A stretch of DNA of 64,000 nucleotides, from positions 9,362,001 to 9,426,000 of the forward strand of contig CM060733.1 in the NCBI GenBank assembly GCA_030704615.1. Direction: 5' to 3'. Of the stretch, positions 27,401-41,553 are shown piece after piece. The translations under genes were made by a program, and so were the position numbers. Positions within the stretch are counted from its first letter, which is position 1; each line of letters begins with the position of its first letter. The notes under the pieces are model-generated. The model searched no databases. It was not told the DNA's origin and saw nothing but the letters and a program-made list of their open reading frames with translations. Source of the DNA: Takakia lepidozioides. Lineage: Eukaryota; Plantae; Bryophyta.

Positions 27401-29826
27401 TGTGGCATTATAGCACCTAATTTACACCTCTTCCATGACCATGTGCACAGGACAGCCAAGAGAGCCATTGGTGGTTCGAGGCAAATGTGGGGCAGTACTA
27501 ATAGTTGGAAACAATCTCACCTCGAGAAGAGAGCCTGGAGCTGAATCATCAAAGAGAGGCCAGTGGGGATTGAACCCACACCCATAAGATGGGGCTGCCC
27601 AAGTGCAGCTATGGCCCCACCTGCATGCCACCCTGCCACACCATCACAGCACAGAATGTGATATACTGACACTGAAACTTGGGAAAATCACACTGTCTGA
27701 ATTTCACTTTACAATTGGTCAGCAAACAACAGGGGAAGATTTGCAGAACCCAAAATAACAAAACAAAGAGAGCAGGTTTTGCTTTCTTCTCTCCAACCCA
27801 TTCTGGAACAAAAATCCTTTCTTATTCACCTTGTTAACAAGCCAAACTCAATTTCAAGCTTCACAAGCACAACACATGTATGGATCACTCCACCTTTCAA
27901 GTAGGGACAAGACCTATTTTTCTCTCAAAACTACCCAGCCAGGCTATAGCACACCTGGGCAGCTTATGAACACAGGAAAAACAAAATCCATGACGAGTGC
28001 CTAGAATCTGGATGTAATTTCAGTACCTCCAGTAGAGCCCGACAAAAGCCTAACCATATAAGAATTCATGCACCTGCCGTCAGGCTCTCCCTGTAGAGCT
28101 TAGAAAAGCTCTACGCAGGGACAACTGTCTTCCCTAAATGTGCAGCCTTGGTATGAAACATGGAAACAGCCCACATCAACATCACTGCAGAACCCATAAC
28201 ATGATATTGTTCTCAGCACTTGCAAGCACATCATAGGAGTAAAGCACCAGAGGGAAACAATGAGTAACCAAATCGACAAACAATTACCCTTCGAACCCTC
28301 CCTTCCTTTTTCCCCTCTCTCCGCAAAACATCACAATGCAATCCGAACCCAAGAACTCACAAAGTGCAGCTGTACCTGAGACCATGAAGCCTGGCTGCAT
28401 GCAATCATCACCAAGAAATGAGTCGACCACAAAGGTGATTGTCAAATTTGTCTCAAGAATTTCAAAGCAGTAGAGTTTATCAACACTAGAGAGTAAGAGG
28501 TTCCTTGACGTTGAATGTACCATTGAAGACATGTCAAATAGGAAGAATCAAAAGAGCATTCATTGCTAGCCTCACAAATGCCTCACCTCTGACTACTATA
28601 CATAAATGAGCCGCATAGCTTTGGAAGCTATCTGCGCAATCTCGCAGACACTAATGCATGGGATGCAGAACCTACAAAACGGATGCCTTACAAAGTATAT
28701 TACATCCAATCCTTGTTACTTGAATGATTGAACTTCACAACAAACATCTTCAAAGTCACCTAGATGTTTGCTGGCCAGTCTAAACAACACAATACATATG
28801 CCAAAGAAGTTAGCCAAACGGGTAGCAAGATACCATTCACCTTTAGATGATGTTCAAGTATGACCTTTCAGCTGTCATTACAATCCTCAATACCAATACG
28901 CCATAAGACCATTGTCCTTACCAGAAAACCCTGCTTTTTATTACAGGAACAAATTCTATTCCTCTCTTTTTCCCAGCACCCAAGTCCAAAAGCATATCTG
29001 TATTTCCTCCCCACCTCATAGACACCAAGAAAACAAAATCTGGTACATTGTCAAAGCTGTAAACTGGTGCTTATGCTTCCATGAATGAGTGGAACTCCCT
29101 TAACAAAGCAGATCAACAAACCAATTAATATATCAGAAAGAGGCCAACTGTTTTCACAAGGCTGGGCAAACTATTGTCATAACCTTGACAGCAAGGGGTC
29201 ACCTGTATCCCAAAAAACCAGCAATATGGCATGCTGCACACAATAGTGAAAAAATCTTGCAGAATTTTTGCACAATCACAGAAAAGCTATCAAATGTTTC
29301 ACCAGAACCAGGGCCCACCCCCGAAAGGGGGCAGTAGCCGTGAGGCGAAGTGGCTCTTAGTTACGCCGGTTTCGGCCGGAGTCTTCGCTCTTCACCAGAA
29401 CCATAATGTGGCATAATCCATACATGTATGGGTAGTTATAAGGAGCTATAAATAGTCCACAACCTTCACCAGTTGATACAAAGTGATAACCTTCCAGAAT
29501 GCTCTTGATTCCGAGGTTGGAGCCTAATGCATATTGCTGAACTGGAATGGAAATGACCCAAACAACAAGAGTAACACAGAAAAAGTAGCGACAAACAGAA
29601 TTATGTTGCCAGTTGCACTCTATGGTCTTCACAAGCACATTTCTCAAAGGATAATAAAACCTCCACAAATTCGGAGTTGCATACATGAAGATGGTAAAGC
29701 ACAGAGTTGGTTGGATAGAAGACCAATCAGAAAAATCAATTATCAAGCCTTCCTACCTAATTCAGCACCCCTTGCCCAGGAAAACAGAAAAGACCCCAGT
29801 TGGACAAGACAATGTTTGCTGTAGGA

Positions 29827-29853
29827 ATATATATATATATATATATATATATA
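29827..29853. repeat. (AT)n microsatellite
   Basis: About 13 uninterrupted AT units. Confidence 0.9.
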
Positions 29854-31354
29854 GGATCTGAAAGAAGGACCCTACAATCGCCAGACAAATACAATATCTA
29901 ATTGAACTCCTTGCACCCATGCACACGAGCCCTGACAGTGCCAGCATCACTAGAATGGCACCCGCAAACTCTTTGCGAGCTAAGGCATTGAACAGAACCA
30001 TGTAGAGGATGCACCTCCAGCGTATGTATCAGGGTCACCTCATATGAACCGACGAGGCCGCAACCCAAATGCCAGGGCTTCAAACAGAAACACAGTTTGT
30101 GAGACAACTCTCAGGCTCCATACAGCAGGCTGCTTCAAGCAAGACGTCCCAAACTTTTGTCACATGGAATCGATGGAGAGCGAAAGAGGGAGGCTGTCTT
30201 ATCGATCAACAATGCTTGAGTTGCAGCCCAAATTCCACAGCCATCATACAGAAGGAGCCAATTCTTACAGGACAGGATGGGATAGACGTTACGACGAAGA
30301 ACGAGTGGGATCATCATGAAGACAACATAGAGCCATGGTTTTGTCATGGAAAGCATGCCATACCACCCATCGAATGTATGGAAGAGGAGCAGTAGCAGCA
30401 GCAGCAAATTTCTGGAGAGAAAATACAACAACCCATGACATGTAACCAGCATCACATCAATCCACAGAAAAATGTGTTGGTCTCACAAAGCTCAACTGGA
30501 GGATCAAACAAACATCCTGTCATCTGGAATAGAACATGTGTAAACATGCCTAAGAACCAGCTTTGAAGCACATCATCTCGAAAAATATCAGAAACAACAT
30601 ACGGTACAGCATTCATTTCAGAAACAATGTGAGCGACAGCTTGGCATGATAAAAGTACAAACCAACCTTTACAGTTAGAAGCTTAACACTCATGTAACCA
30701 CAGCAGCCTCAGCTTAAGTGTATACTCCAATACAAAGAAAAGGCCGCATAGTGCCACCAAGAAAAATTATGTACTTGACTACCTTGCCACAAATTCATGC
30801 AACATTTAGCAGAGATCACCATTTCTGACAAGTGTTATGAACAGACCTACATACCATCTAATGCAAAAGAGTGACTAACTAAAGTACTCAAAGCCTTGCT
30901 ATAAGCATATTGGAAAAACCGATGCCGATTATGGGTTTTTTCCCCCTGGAACTGACCTAGAGTCTATGTATGAGATTGTGAGAATAATTGCATTAGAAAA
31001 CACATTCACCCCAAATATGAAAGAAGCGAAAATAGGGTGAAAATACTTTCCAGCGACGAAGGAAACCAAGGCCACATGAAAGAATTATTGCAAAGCCACG
31101 ATTTAACAAGGACATAAGAAACAAGGTTGACATCGTCAGCCGTCATTTATGGAATGTAAGGGATTTTACTCCTTTAATCTCATGGGGAATAGTGAGAGAA
31201 AAAGAGAAGAAGAGAGAGACCAGAGAAAGCAAAAAAGAAAAGAGATTTAACTACATCCACAGGGTCAGAGAACTGATGAGACGACAGTGCCGACGTAGAT
31301 TTGGAAGAAGCAGATGCATAAAACAGACAACACTATAGGAAACTTGATGCTCAC

Positions 31355-33000
31355 CTAGAGATTGTAGTATGGTAAAGATGCAAGAGCCCCAACAGTTGAC
31401 GCACGAGGTGCAGATGAAATTGCTAGCTGTGGGCTTTGATACGATGCATATGTATAATGACCTCCTGCAGCCTGTAGCACTGCTGCCTGCTGGGATGCCA
31501 CCGAGTTTGTAGTTGACCCATACAAAGGCAATCCTCCTAGGGAGGTGTAAGCTGTCGGCTGGGCACTGAGCCCACTTGGCTGGGTTCCGTAAGGTGACAT
31601 ACCCAAGTGGCTGCCATATGAAGTCATACCTAAAGAATTTTGCATTGAGCCCTGAGTGAGAGGGGAATTGAGAGATGTGCTGAAGGATGGATTGAGAGAA
31701 TGTCCAAGGGAAGAGGTCAGAGGATGGTTGAGCGAGTATGAGGGATTCAGTGGAGCACTGAGGCTGTTCAGGCCTTGGTTGTGGTTGGTAAGGCTCGTAT
31801 GTAGACTTGAGTTCAGAGCTTGGTTCATGGCCTGGTTCATACTCTGGTTAAGGGGAATTCCAGTGGTAATCAATCCCGGATTGAGTGAACCATACTGCAG
31901 ACTTAACCCTGTTGAGACAACTGCATGCGGATTGGACACCTGCAGCCACAGTTGGACACAATCAATAAATTGGCAAATCCCAGCAACACCTGATGCAGAT
32001 GATACAGAAGCATCATATCCCTTTTTAAACTGTCCTAGAGGCCTTCTGCTACAAAAGCACGTGATCATGACAGTAGTGCCCACAAAGTACCAGAGGTAAA
32101 ATTGCAGACAAAGAAAATGCTAGAATTTATTTCAAGCCCCAATAACAATCACTGACATCCAACCATAGAATCAAAAGTTGCAGGCAAGGTCCTTCACATC
32201 TCATGCAATTGTACCTGCAGAATCATTCTAGCCTCATCACTTTCTGATTTCCCCAGTGGGCCAACCTGTTTTTGTTTCTGACCTTCCACAGCAAGTTTGC
32301 AATACATCTGGTGGCCATCGATTGTTTTTATTGGCTCCTGCAATGCGTTCTTCGTAGACTCCACAGTCTTATAGATAATCAGAGCAAACCCTCTTGACCG
32401 CCCTGTGAATTTATCAAACCCAAGGGGTCCCTCTTCTATCTCTCCAAACTGAGAGAAAATTGCCAGTAGCCTGTCAGCTGCAAGCTCCATAGGCACATTC
32501 CCCACATAGATTTTCCGCTGAGTTATTTCCTGTGTAGAATTAGCCACCGTCGCCCCAGTGGAGGCCAACTGGCAGACAGTCATGCGTCCATCAATCCTTT
32601 TGCTGGGTTCCTTGAGAGAACGCTGCGCACCATCCATGTGTCGAAAGGTTACAAAACCAAATCCCCGGCTCTTACCTGTGCTTTTGTCAGGGATCACTGC
32701 ACCTTCTTCAACCTCCCCATACTGAGCAAAGATCGTCTTCAGAGTGTCCGAGGTGGTGTCCCAGCCCAGACCTCGTACAAATATTTTCCGGTGAGCTGGA
32801 TCCTTGTCAGCCAGCTTGCGAATCTCTTCAAGAACATCTGCATGCCGGGTGGCTGCATCTTCCAGAATAGCCATCAGCTGCTCCTTATTGAAGGGTTCAA
32901 TTAGTTTCTTCACATCCTCTTTCGAGATTTCCAACTCCGAGGGTAGTCCGGTTCCAGTAGTTGAGCCATTTTCCTCCAATTTTCGCTTCTTCACGTCCAT
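31355..33000 (-). CDS. UBA2: UBP1-associated protein 2-like hnRNP protein with two RRMs; exons 33000-32215 and 31939-31355
   Basis: MDVKKRKLEENG, ADKDPAHRKIFVRGLGWDT, KSRGFGFVTF, RKIYVGNVP and IEEGPLGFDKFTGRSRGFAL, followed by a low-complexity S/L/N/Y tail. The phase-0 GT-AG intron keeps frame. Confidence 0.92.
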
Positions 33001-35289
33001 TTTCAGACTTGAATCTGCAGGTTTCAAAGAAAGAGGAAAAGCAAGATGACCATAGTCAACCTGAACGGACCCGGAAGGTCTGGTGTTACATATCAAAAAG
33101 AAGGAACCAAACTTATGTAGGGAAGGGGATGATGGACAAGTGAGTGGAAACAAGACAAGGAAAAGGGAGCCCAAGGGAAACTCCTTTTAAGATTAAGGGA
33201 CCGGATTCACCAAAAACAAGAGAAGCTGATTTTACGGATTTTATCAATTCTATTGCAAAACTGCTAGGGCAACCCATCGAGGCACCATAACTTCAAAGAA
33301 TCTATCGGCGAGAACAGAAGACCACCAAGGCTCAACTCGAATCCGACCAGCCCTTCAACTTCCTTCAGAGTTTAAGAGTCAGAATTAAATAAGCAGGTTT
33401 ACTATTCCCACCAAACTAACTGCCTTCAAGTTTAATGACAATTCTTTCGACAGTTCTAAAACGTGTATGGCCAAGGGATGGGACAATCCGGGACTTACCT
33501 TGCCCGAACAGCCGCAAATTTTCACGTCTTACCAGTCTCGCTACCTTGACCTTACCAACTGTTGCGTAGAAATGAACCCTAACAGAATCTGAAAACACGA
33601 GATCAAAGGTATTTACTACGTCAACGACCGAAAGGGAAGTGGAGACTGACAAGAGACTCTCTTAATCTAAAAGGCAGGCAAAATCCAACAACTTCCAGTA
33701 CAGAAACTATGAAGACCACGGAAATTCTGTAAACAACCCATCAACACAAAGCCACCAGAAGGAGGAGAGAACCTCTGCAGGTGGTACCTGGGACAGAGAG
33801 AGCGGATACAGTGTAGCCGACCGCCTATAGGTACAATTGTCGCGACCGTATTGCTGACCTTGCAGAGACCCTCGGGAACTTTCTTGGGACCATGAAGAGA
33901 TTAACAAAAATTCGGGTGTGAACAAGTAAAACGTTAAGGACAGGCAAGCTCACCGCTCATTCGATATTGGGACAGTTACCAAGAAAAGACCACGAGTTGC
34001 TGTATTTAGAGTTTAGAGCTCTGAAGGAGGTCAGTGGCGTGGGCGTACAAAGATGTTGTCTCCAAGTAGTTAGACAAACCATCTTCCTCACAACCGTAAT
34101 CTCATAGTATTTAGGCATTGAGCGGATTTATCCAAGTTTGTGGCGTACATGGTGTCATCACAGCTCAGCCAATAAAACTTGTTTTAGGATTTTGAAGATG
34201 GTTACATATGAACTAACTGATTTTAAATGGTTATCATGATTTACCCTTGTCAAATCCCCAAAAACTGAAAAACATAGCTTTACCATTAGGGGCAAGGGCG
34301 GCCTATGGGTGAGTTCGATTTACACCCCTCCGTTGGCGGCCTTTGAACTTCGAAATAATGTAATGTTTAGAGTTTAGACCAGTGTTGGTCTGGTACAGAT
34401 CCTTAACCCTTAATCTCAATTCTTTAAGTAGCTATATGAACACCAACTGTTAGGTTTGTGAAGAATTTCAAATAAGAAGGAAATAATATTGAAGTAGATG
34501 GTCAACTTATTGGTCATCACAATGGCATTAGTTCAACTTCCGCTCTCATGAGTATGAAATGAGATGGGATCAACAAATTCTAATGAGTTGTTTTGGGGTC
34601 AAAATCACTATGTTTGGTTTAGGGAATTCCAAAAAGGCCTAGATGTGAAATGCATCACAATTCAATTGAACTGCAAAAACTAGCTTGAAAACAGCCCTAA
34701 TCTGCTATTCAATTGAATTGTGAGTTGACAATTTGACTCATAATTCAATTGGATTGCAAATTTGAAGTGAATTGTCAACTCGCAATTCAATAGTATATAA
34801 TTATTAACTATTATATATATATATAATATATATATATATATTCAAATCTATATATATGCCATACATATACACATATGAAAATACGAGTTAGAAATACATG
34901 TTGGCAACACTTCTTGCTGCCCATGGCAAGGCTTGAGACTCAAGAGCATACACCCTACCCATTTTTGTCAAGCAGCCAAAACGTAGATGAGGAGCAGAAG
35001 GAGACGTTACACTTGGAAATGAAAAGGCTTGTGCGACCTAGTGTTGTTCCATATAAAAGTTTCCCGAGACTGACAAAAGTTGGCCAGTCCAATGATGCAC
35101 AAAGAAATTTTGTGACGAGGACTAAGAATTCATGGCCAGGTTCTCCGAGGGAAAGATCCCCTTCTAAATCTATTTCATCGCAGGAGGGTCATGGGGGTCT
35201 TACTCGCGTTACAAAAAGACGAACGGTGGATAGAGAAATTAGGAAGATGGTGAGGTTGCCAGAATTTCACGATCGTTTAGCTAGGCGAT

Positions 35290-37017
35290 TGCTAAAGCGT
35301 GAGCAGAATCCGTGAGCAGATTTCTGCTCACGCTTCAGGATCTGCTCACCTATAACCGCGGACACCTATTCGGCGTAGAGGACCTATTACTGTGGGTAGC
35401 GTCCAGTATAACATGCATACCATTTCATCGTTATGGATGAATGGCCGATGAATGTCTGTTGGATGAATGTAGTTTGTGGATGAATTGACAATTAAAAAGC
35501 ATTTTTCAGTAGTGGTTGTCGAATCCCCCCAGGTCCAGAGTGAACCCCTGCCAACTAAGGAGGGTTGTGGTTGTCCTTTTACCAGGTATCCTAAGTCAAG
35601 AGAGATGCTCACACCCAATTGCAAATAAGGTGGAGAGGCCATTTGGTGCTTTAATAAAAATCGTTTGAAAACAGTCGATTCATTCCGACGAAGAATATCC
35701 ACTGCTACTGGAGTCAATGTCCAAAACGAAGGCACAACTGTGTATGAAGACACTAGCCTTGTTCTGCACAAAACGCCCGCTGCAGCCTCCGCATAATACG
35801 ACAACTCAAAATCTATTTGCAAGTTTTCCCCAAAAAAAGCAAAACAAAAAAAAAGTCCTATTTTGTTTTTTTTTTTTTTTTTCCCGAATGTGCTAGAATA
35901 AGGTGGCGTTGACGCCGCCTTAATCTGGCTGGTCTTCTGGTGTGCTATTTGGGGGTGAATGACATCTACAAATTGCTCGGACTACATAACTTATGATTCG
36001 TTATCATGTCCTTATTCCAGCTGACCAGAAATCCATGCTGGGTAAACGCCAGGTTTTTTGCTTGCAAAGCAGGGGTTGGGTTCATTTGCAAGTTTTCCCA
36101 AAAAAAAAAAAAAAAACACTTCCCGAATGTGCCAGATTAAGGTGTCGTCAACGACACCTTAATTGACGACACCTTAAACTGGCTGGTCTTCTGGTGTGCT
36201 ATTTGGGGTGAATGGCATCTACACTACATAACTTATGATTCGTTGTCATGTCATTCTTCCAGGCGACCAGAAATCCATGTTGGGTAAATGCATTGCAAGT
36301 TTTTTTTTTTTTTCCCCGAATTTACCAGATTAAGATGTCGTCAACGATACCTTAATCTGGCTAGTCTTGTGGTGTGCGATTTGGGGTGAATGGCATCTAC
36401 AAATCGCTCAGACTACATAACTTATGATTCGTTGTCATGGCCTTCTTCCAGGTTACCGAAAATCCATGTTGGGTAAAAATGGCGCGGGCTGTTAACGAAT
36501 ACACAAGTGGAACACCTTTGCAGTCCAGGCTCCCACATCTAGAAGGTGAGGAGAGATTCGGATCATGCAAGCGCAAACTGGACACCCCTAGTCCATACCC
36601 TGAACCCTATTCATTCTTAATGCATCCACTTGTTCAACGACATCAATTTTTTCTCAATTTTTGGGGTTGTTTTTTTTTTTTTTTTGGGTGAAATTCTCAT
36701 GTCCCAACAGGGCTGGGAATTATGATGTCGTTGACGACACCTTAATGTCTGCTTCCCTGCACAAAAAAGGTCTCCCCCATGGTTTCCAGGGGACATATTT
36801 GTTCTGGGGAGATATTCATAGATCAATTTGTCATGTGCTGACAGGGGCTGCAATTTAAGTTGTCGTTGACGACAGCTTAATGTCTGCTTCCCTACGCATG
36901 CTCATCCCTGAGGATAAATGTTGTTGCAGTCATCTATGGTTCACTCATCTGGGCAGTTTTTCATCCGCCACTCGTCCAACGTTCATCCATTCTTTTTTAC
37001 GTCCATCCCAAATACAT
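35290..37017. mobile_element. Deleted remnant of a third MULE family member
   Basis: A terminal-type GCGTGAGC/GCTCACGC cluster (35297-35350), GGATGAA motifs, five TTAAGGTGTCG-TCAA/TTGA-CGACACCTTAA hairpins (35899-36880), and a transposase scrap KMARAVNEYTSGTPLQSRLPHLEGEERFGSCKRKLDTP (~36476-36590, +) matching 52331-53764. Boundaries are approximate. Confidence 0.7.
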
Positions 37018-37699
37018 TGTCGTGCGCATACATATCGCTACACAACTACATCGCTGTCCAAAACCACACAACACATGTGCACGCCACACACTAGTATATC
37101 ACTAGTCCATCACTAGTCTACCCACTAGGCTACAACTAGTCAGTCACTAGGCTGCCACTATGCTGCCCACTATGGCAGTTACTAGTCCACACAATGATAA
37201 CGAAGAATAATACAAGCACAAGCTCATGCGAGCTCACAAAGCTGAAGCATAAACTCATGCATATATAACCTCATCACTCAAATATAAGTCAAGCCAAGTG
37301 CACCCCACGCCATGGGGAATCCACATTATGGCGCCATAGCTAGGCGCGATGAGGCTCAACTCGAGAAAGATGAGCCTCCCGCGCTTGCCGTGAAGATAAC
37401 CACTCCAGGGCCTGAATCTGCCTTGACCCCTCGATTGACACTTGGGCCAATCCCAAATGTCAATATGTAAAAGCTAGCTATTTCCTAGCTAGTTTCACAC
37501 TAGTGGTAACATAACTTGACAGCTGTCGTGCGCATACATATCGCTACACAACTACATCGCTGTCCAAAACCACACAACACATGTGCACGCCACACACTAG
37601 TATATCACTAGTTCATCACTAGTCCAACCATTAGGCTACAACTAGTCAGTCACTAGGCTGCCACTATGCTGCCCACTATGGCAGTTACTAGTCCACACA
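37018..37699 (-). repeat. Two 176-bp TG...CA direct repeats (37018-37193, 37524-37699): 3' LTR region of the PHD/DNMT Gypsy element
   Basis: Near-identical TGTCGTGCGC...GTCCACACA copies. The inner copy abuts a minus-strand polypurine tract (AGGGGGGCGAT, 37700-37710). Confidence 0.85.
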
Positions 37700-37959
37700 A
37701 TCGCCCCCCTAGCTGGTGCTTAGGTCCCTCTAAGTCCAGGTAGCCACAAGATGTGATAGTGACCATAGCCTCACTAAGTCTTCCACCACTATCCCTACTA
37801 CACTCAAACTCGATAGATCAAGAGGCCGGGTGCAAGAGTTGCCCCATCGTTAGTCGCCGTCTTGCAACCTGTGAACTTGAGCTTGGGATCTCATGTATTG
37901 ACTCCTATGAGCTTGGCCTCCCATGTCTTGTTAGCTGCCTCCAGTCATGTCCACTGCCA

Positions 37960-40841
37960 CTATCCCAAGCAATGTGGACACAACCAATCTCCGTCAGGAA
38001 CCTTCTCAAGAGGTGGTGTCAAACATCCTATATGCCAACCCCTTGAGCATCGATCACACACCAGCATGGTGGCTGCCTCTTTGGCAGACCCACAGAGCAT
38101 GCACCTCAAACCTGTAGTTACCACTGCCAAGTTTGGGTCAACTCTGCCATCGACATTGGGAAGGTGACGTGGTGCACAATTACGCACATGGTCCTTCCAA
38201 GTCATGCCATCCCGACCCTCCAAGATCAGGACCCCTGAGGGCAACACCTCTCGAACCCTCAGAATAACACACCCTGCAGTAACATCCAGAGTCGTAGGAG
38301 CAGTCTGCTGCAAATAAACATAGTCACCAGGGCTAAACCTCCGAACCCCAGGACGATATCCTCCACCACGTATAGTGGCATACCTCAACGTATCACGGTA
38401 CTGTGCAATGGCAAGGTTCTCAAAAGCCATGGGCATGACTTTCTTGAACAATTCTGCACGCTGATCACATGCACGTACCCACACGTCCGGATCGTCAAGG
38501 TTAAGGATTTGAGCAGTGTCCCTACGAATGGTTGCAGGCAAATCCGGCTCTCGGCCAAAGAGAAGGAAATATGATGAGAAGGAGGCAAGTGATGCTTGTT
38601 TGCTGAATCTGTAGCCCATGGCTAACCAAGGGACCTGAAGATCCCAATCTCCTAGGCGTCCCTTCTGCAAGCCATACTTGCGCAAACCCCTCTTCACCGT
38701 CTGAACAACTCTCTCTGCCAAGCCATTGGCCTGAGGATGATCCCGAGAAGTGGTGCGGTGGTCTATCAAGGCTTTATCACACAAAGCCTGAAACTCCCCC
38801 AAGAACTCTCTCCCTTGGTCCGTGAGTACCTCAGCTGGAGCACTAAATCGGCTAAGCACACGATCCAAGAATGCATACGCAGCCCCCTCACTAGCCTTGT
38901 CAGGCAATGGAACCAACTCAATCCACTTGGAGAAGTGCTCCACCATCACCAACACATATCTGTGGTGACGCATAGTCAGTGGCAACGGTCCTGCGAAGTC
39001 AAGACTCCACATGTAGCCCAATCCCATGATTGGCAAAGGATGCAACTGTGGTGTAGGGGCGTTGAATGAAGCACGCACCCTGTCACACACCATGCACCGA
39101 GCCATGAACTGTTGCACCTCTGTATGCATACCACGCCACCAATACTGCCCCTGCAGTAAACTGTGAGTGCGTCGCACTCCAAAATGCCCCAACTCCTCAT
39201 GGGCATGCCGCACTAACCGTGCACGCTGTGTGGGGTAAGGCACAATCCTCACCCGACCATCCTCCCACACTCGAAGTAGGTGTATCCCCTCCCACTTGAA
39301 CCTCTTGGCTCGTTGCAGGATCTGATCCCTCTCCCTGGCAGTCACAGTGGCTGCCGTGTCTCCCGTGCGGAGGTAGTCCAACACAGCCGAAGCCTCATGT
39401 ATATCTCTGGCACCACCTGGCTCATCACTAGCCTCAAGGTCCTCAGACACTCCGTCTACAGTCATCCCTGTAGTAGGTCCAACCTGACCTCCCGATGCCA
39501 AGATACACAAAAATGCAGATGCGTGCCATCCCGACACCATCTCCTCGTCCGTCTCACCATGCCACCGAGCTTCAGTGTCATCCTGTTGGCTCGTGCATGG
39601 ATTGCGACTCAATCCATCCGCATCCCGATTTACCAAACCCGGTCGATGCACAACCTGAAAGTCATACTCCTGGAGTATGAGTGCCCACCGTGCAAGCTTC
39701 CCCGTAAGCTTGTCTGACTCCATCAACCACTTGAGTGGTTGGTGATCCGTGACAAGGGTGAAAAGATTGCCGTATAGATAGCACCTGAAGTGTGCCACGG
39801 CCCACACTGCAGCTAAGCACTCTCCCTCATATGAGCTGTACTTAGCCTCTGCAGCGTTGTTCGAGCGGCTAGCATAAGCCACTACGAACTCTCTTCCCTC
39901 ATCATCCACCTGTGTGAGCACCGCTCCAAGCCCCAACATGCTCCAATCCGTATGCAGTTGAAAGGGACCCCCCCTGATAGGTCGTCTCAGGATAGGCGCC
40001 GAGGTCAACCTCACCTTGAGCTCTTGAAAAGCTCGTTCCTGCTCATCTTCCCACTGCCACTCCTGGTCCACCTTGGTCAGCTTGGTTAGAGCCTTTGCAA
40101 TGGTACTAATCCCTTGACAAACCATCTATAATAGTTTGCCAACCCCATGAAAGCTCGAACTCGGCTCACATCCGTGGGGCGTGGAATTTGTGCAATGGCC
40201 TCTACCTTAGTCTGCTGTACCCCCAATCCTCCAGGATATATCATGTGACCCAGATACTCAATCTAGTTGTGGAAAAACTTGCACTTCCCCGGATGCAACT
40301 TCAATCCGTGCGCTCTCAAGCGCTCCAATACCACCTGAAGGTGTCTCTCATGCTCCTCCATCGTAACACTAAAGATGATGATGTCATCTATGTAGCACCG
40401 AGCAAAGTCCACCCCTGCTAGAATCCTATCCATGACTCTCTGAAACTCTGCAGGAGCATTATTAAGCCCAAATGGTAAGAACCGCCACTGATATAGGCAA
40501 TCCTTGTCGTGCTCATTGATCCCCCAGAATGTCGTCTTCTGCTTGTCCGCCTCCTTGATTGGCAACTGGTGATATCCGGATCATAAATCCAAAGTGCTAA
40601 AGGCCTTAGCATGCCCGATGGCATCAAAGATCTCCTTTGGTGTTGGCATGGCATACTTATCGGACTTGGTCTGACGATTTACAGGCCGGTAATCACCGCA
40701 CATACGTCTCTCCGTCCAATTGCCATAGACATCCTTCTTGGCTGGCATCAATGTGGCTGAAGCATACTCTCCACCAGAGAGCTCCACCAAACCTGCCTCC
40801 CAAAGATCTTGAGTCCTCATCTGAATCAAAGACCTCTCCAT
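37960..40841 (-). pseudogene. pol: Pol: RT (interrupted by stops), RNase H, integrase, C-terminal PHD finger
   Basis: HTDWS, YEGECLA, VTDHQPL; HHCC (HEELGH...CMVC); DDE (LDF, TDQG, AER); C4HC3 PHD CMLC...CDRC...WHIGC...WLCPHC. Confidence 0.92.
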
Positions 40842-41085
40842 GTCACTGTGGTCTCCGAAAGATTGGCGTGTCAGTGGCCAACTTAATACGGATCTCTTGA
40901 CCCTTCAGTGCTCCCAAGTCCTTCAAACTGAAGGCAAAGCAATTCATGTAGGCCCTCAGGAACCGTCGTATACGTCGTCTCTCTCCTCCGGTGACAATGG
41001 GTCCAATGTCAAGCTCCCAATTGTCCTCCGTAACTGCAACCTTAAGTCCAGTGGGCTTAGAGGTAGAGGACGCGTCCAGTGGTTG

Positions 41086-41553
41086 CTATGTTGCAACCTC
41101 TTGAGCAGTTCTCCCTGCCTGCTCAGTCAATGACAAGGCCTCATCCTGCCCCATCATCTCATCCTTGAGGACCTCATCAACCCGGGAAGAATCCCCAACC
41201 TCATCCATCACAGCCGCCTTGGCTGCCAACTCCCTCTGAACCTCGAGCACCTCCCACATGTGCCATGGATGCATGCACCCTGTGGTCCTCACATGCTCGC
41301 CCCCACTCACTGCCTGTACCGTCTCGGTAGGCAGAGATACCATCGAGGGAAGTGTACTCCGCACTCTGCGTTGCTCAGCTAGAGCCAAGCTGATAATCCA
41401 GGTCAAGCAATTGAGATCCATTGCTTGCCTCAACACCTGACGACGTGATGCCTCAGAAAGAGACAACACCGCCGTGGTACCAGTGGTAAAACCCATTGCC
41501 CGCTCACGCTCGTCAGCATTAGGCTCCACTAACTGATGCAACTGAGCATCCCA
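41086..41553 (-). pseudogene. C-terminal motifs IX/X of a C5-cytosine DNA methyltransferase-like domain upstream of RT
   Basis: EPNADERERAMGF...SEASRRQVLRQAMDLN aligns by eye with C5-MTase (L-T/S-xxExxRxxGF...xxxxQxGNAVxx). It is cut at ~41553 by the MULE end. Confidence 0.6.

Larger units (their letters stand above)
37018..41553 (-). mobile_element. Ty3/Gypsy retrotransposon (3' part) with C5-MTase-like remnant, RT, RNase H, integrase and PHD finger; 5' part displaced by the MULE insertion
   Basis: Minus-strand order is DNMT-like tail (41086-41541), RT (40263-40841, CGDYRPVN, PFGLNNAP, YIDD), RNase H-INT-PHD (37960-40125), PPT, LTR. Confidence 0.9.

Noticed and set aside
24600-31300. Many short ORFs between the TMEM41-like and UBA2-like genes
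   Set aside because: No domain signatures; consistent with UTR introns and intergenic DNA.
34655-34795. AATTCAATTGAATTG-type short palindromic repeats
   Set aside because: AT-rich and degenerate with no clear TIR or TSD; at most a small MITE relic.
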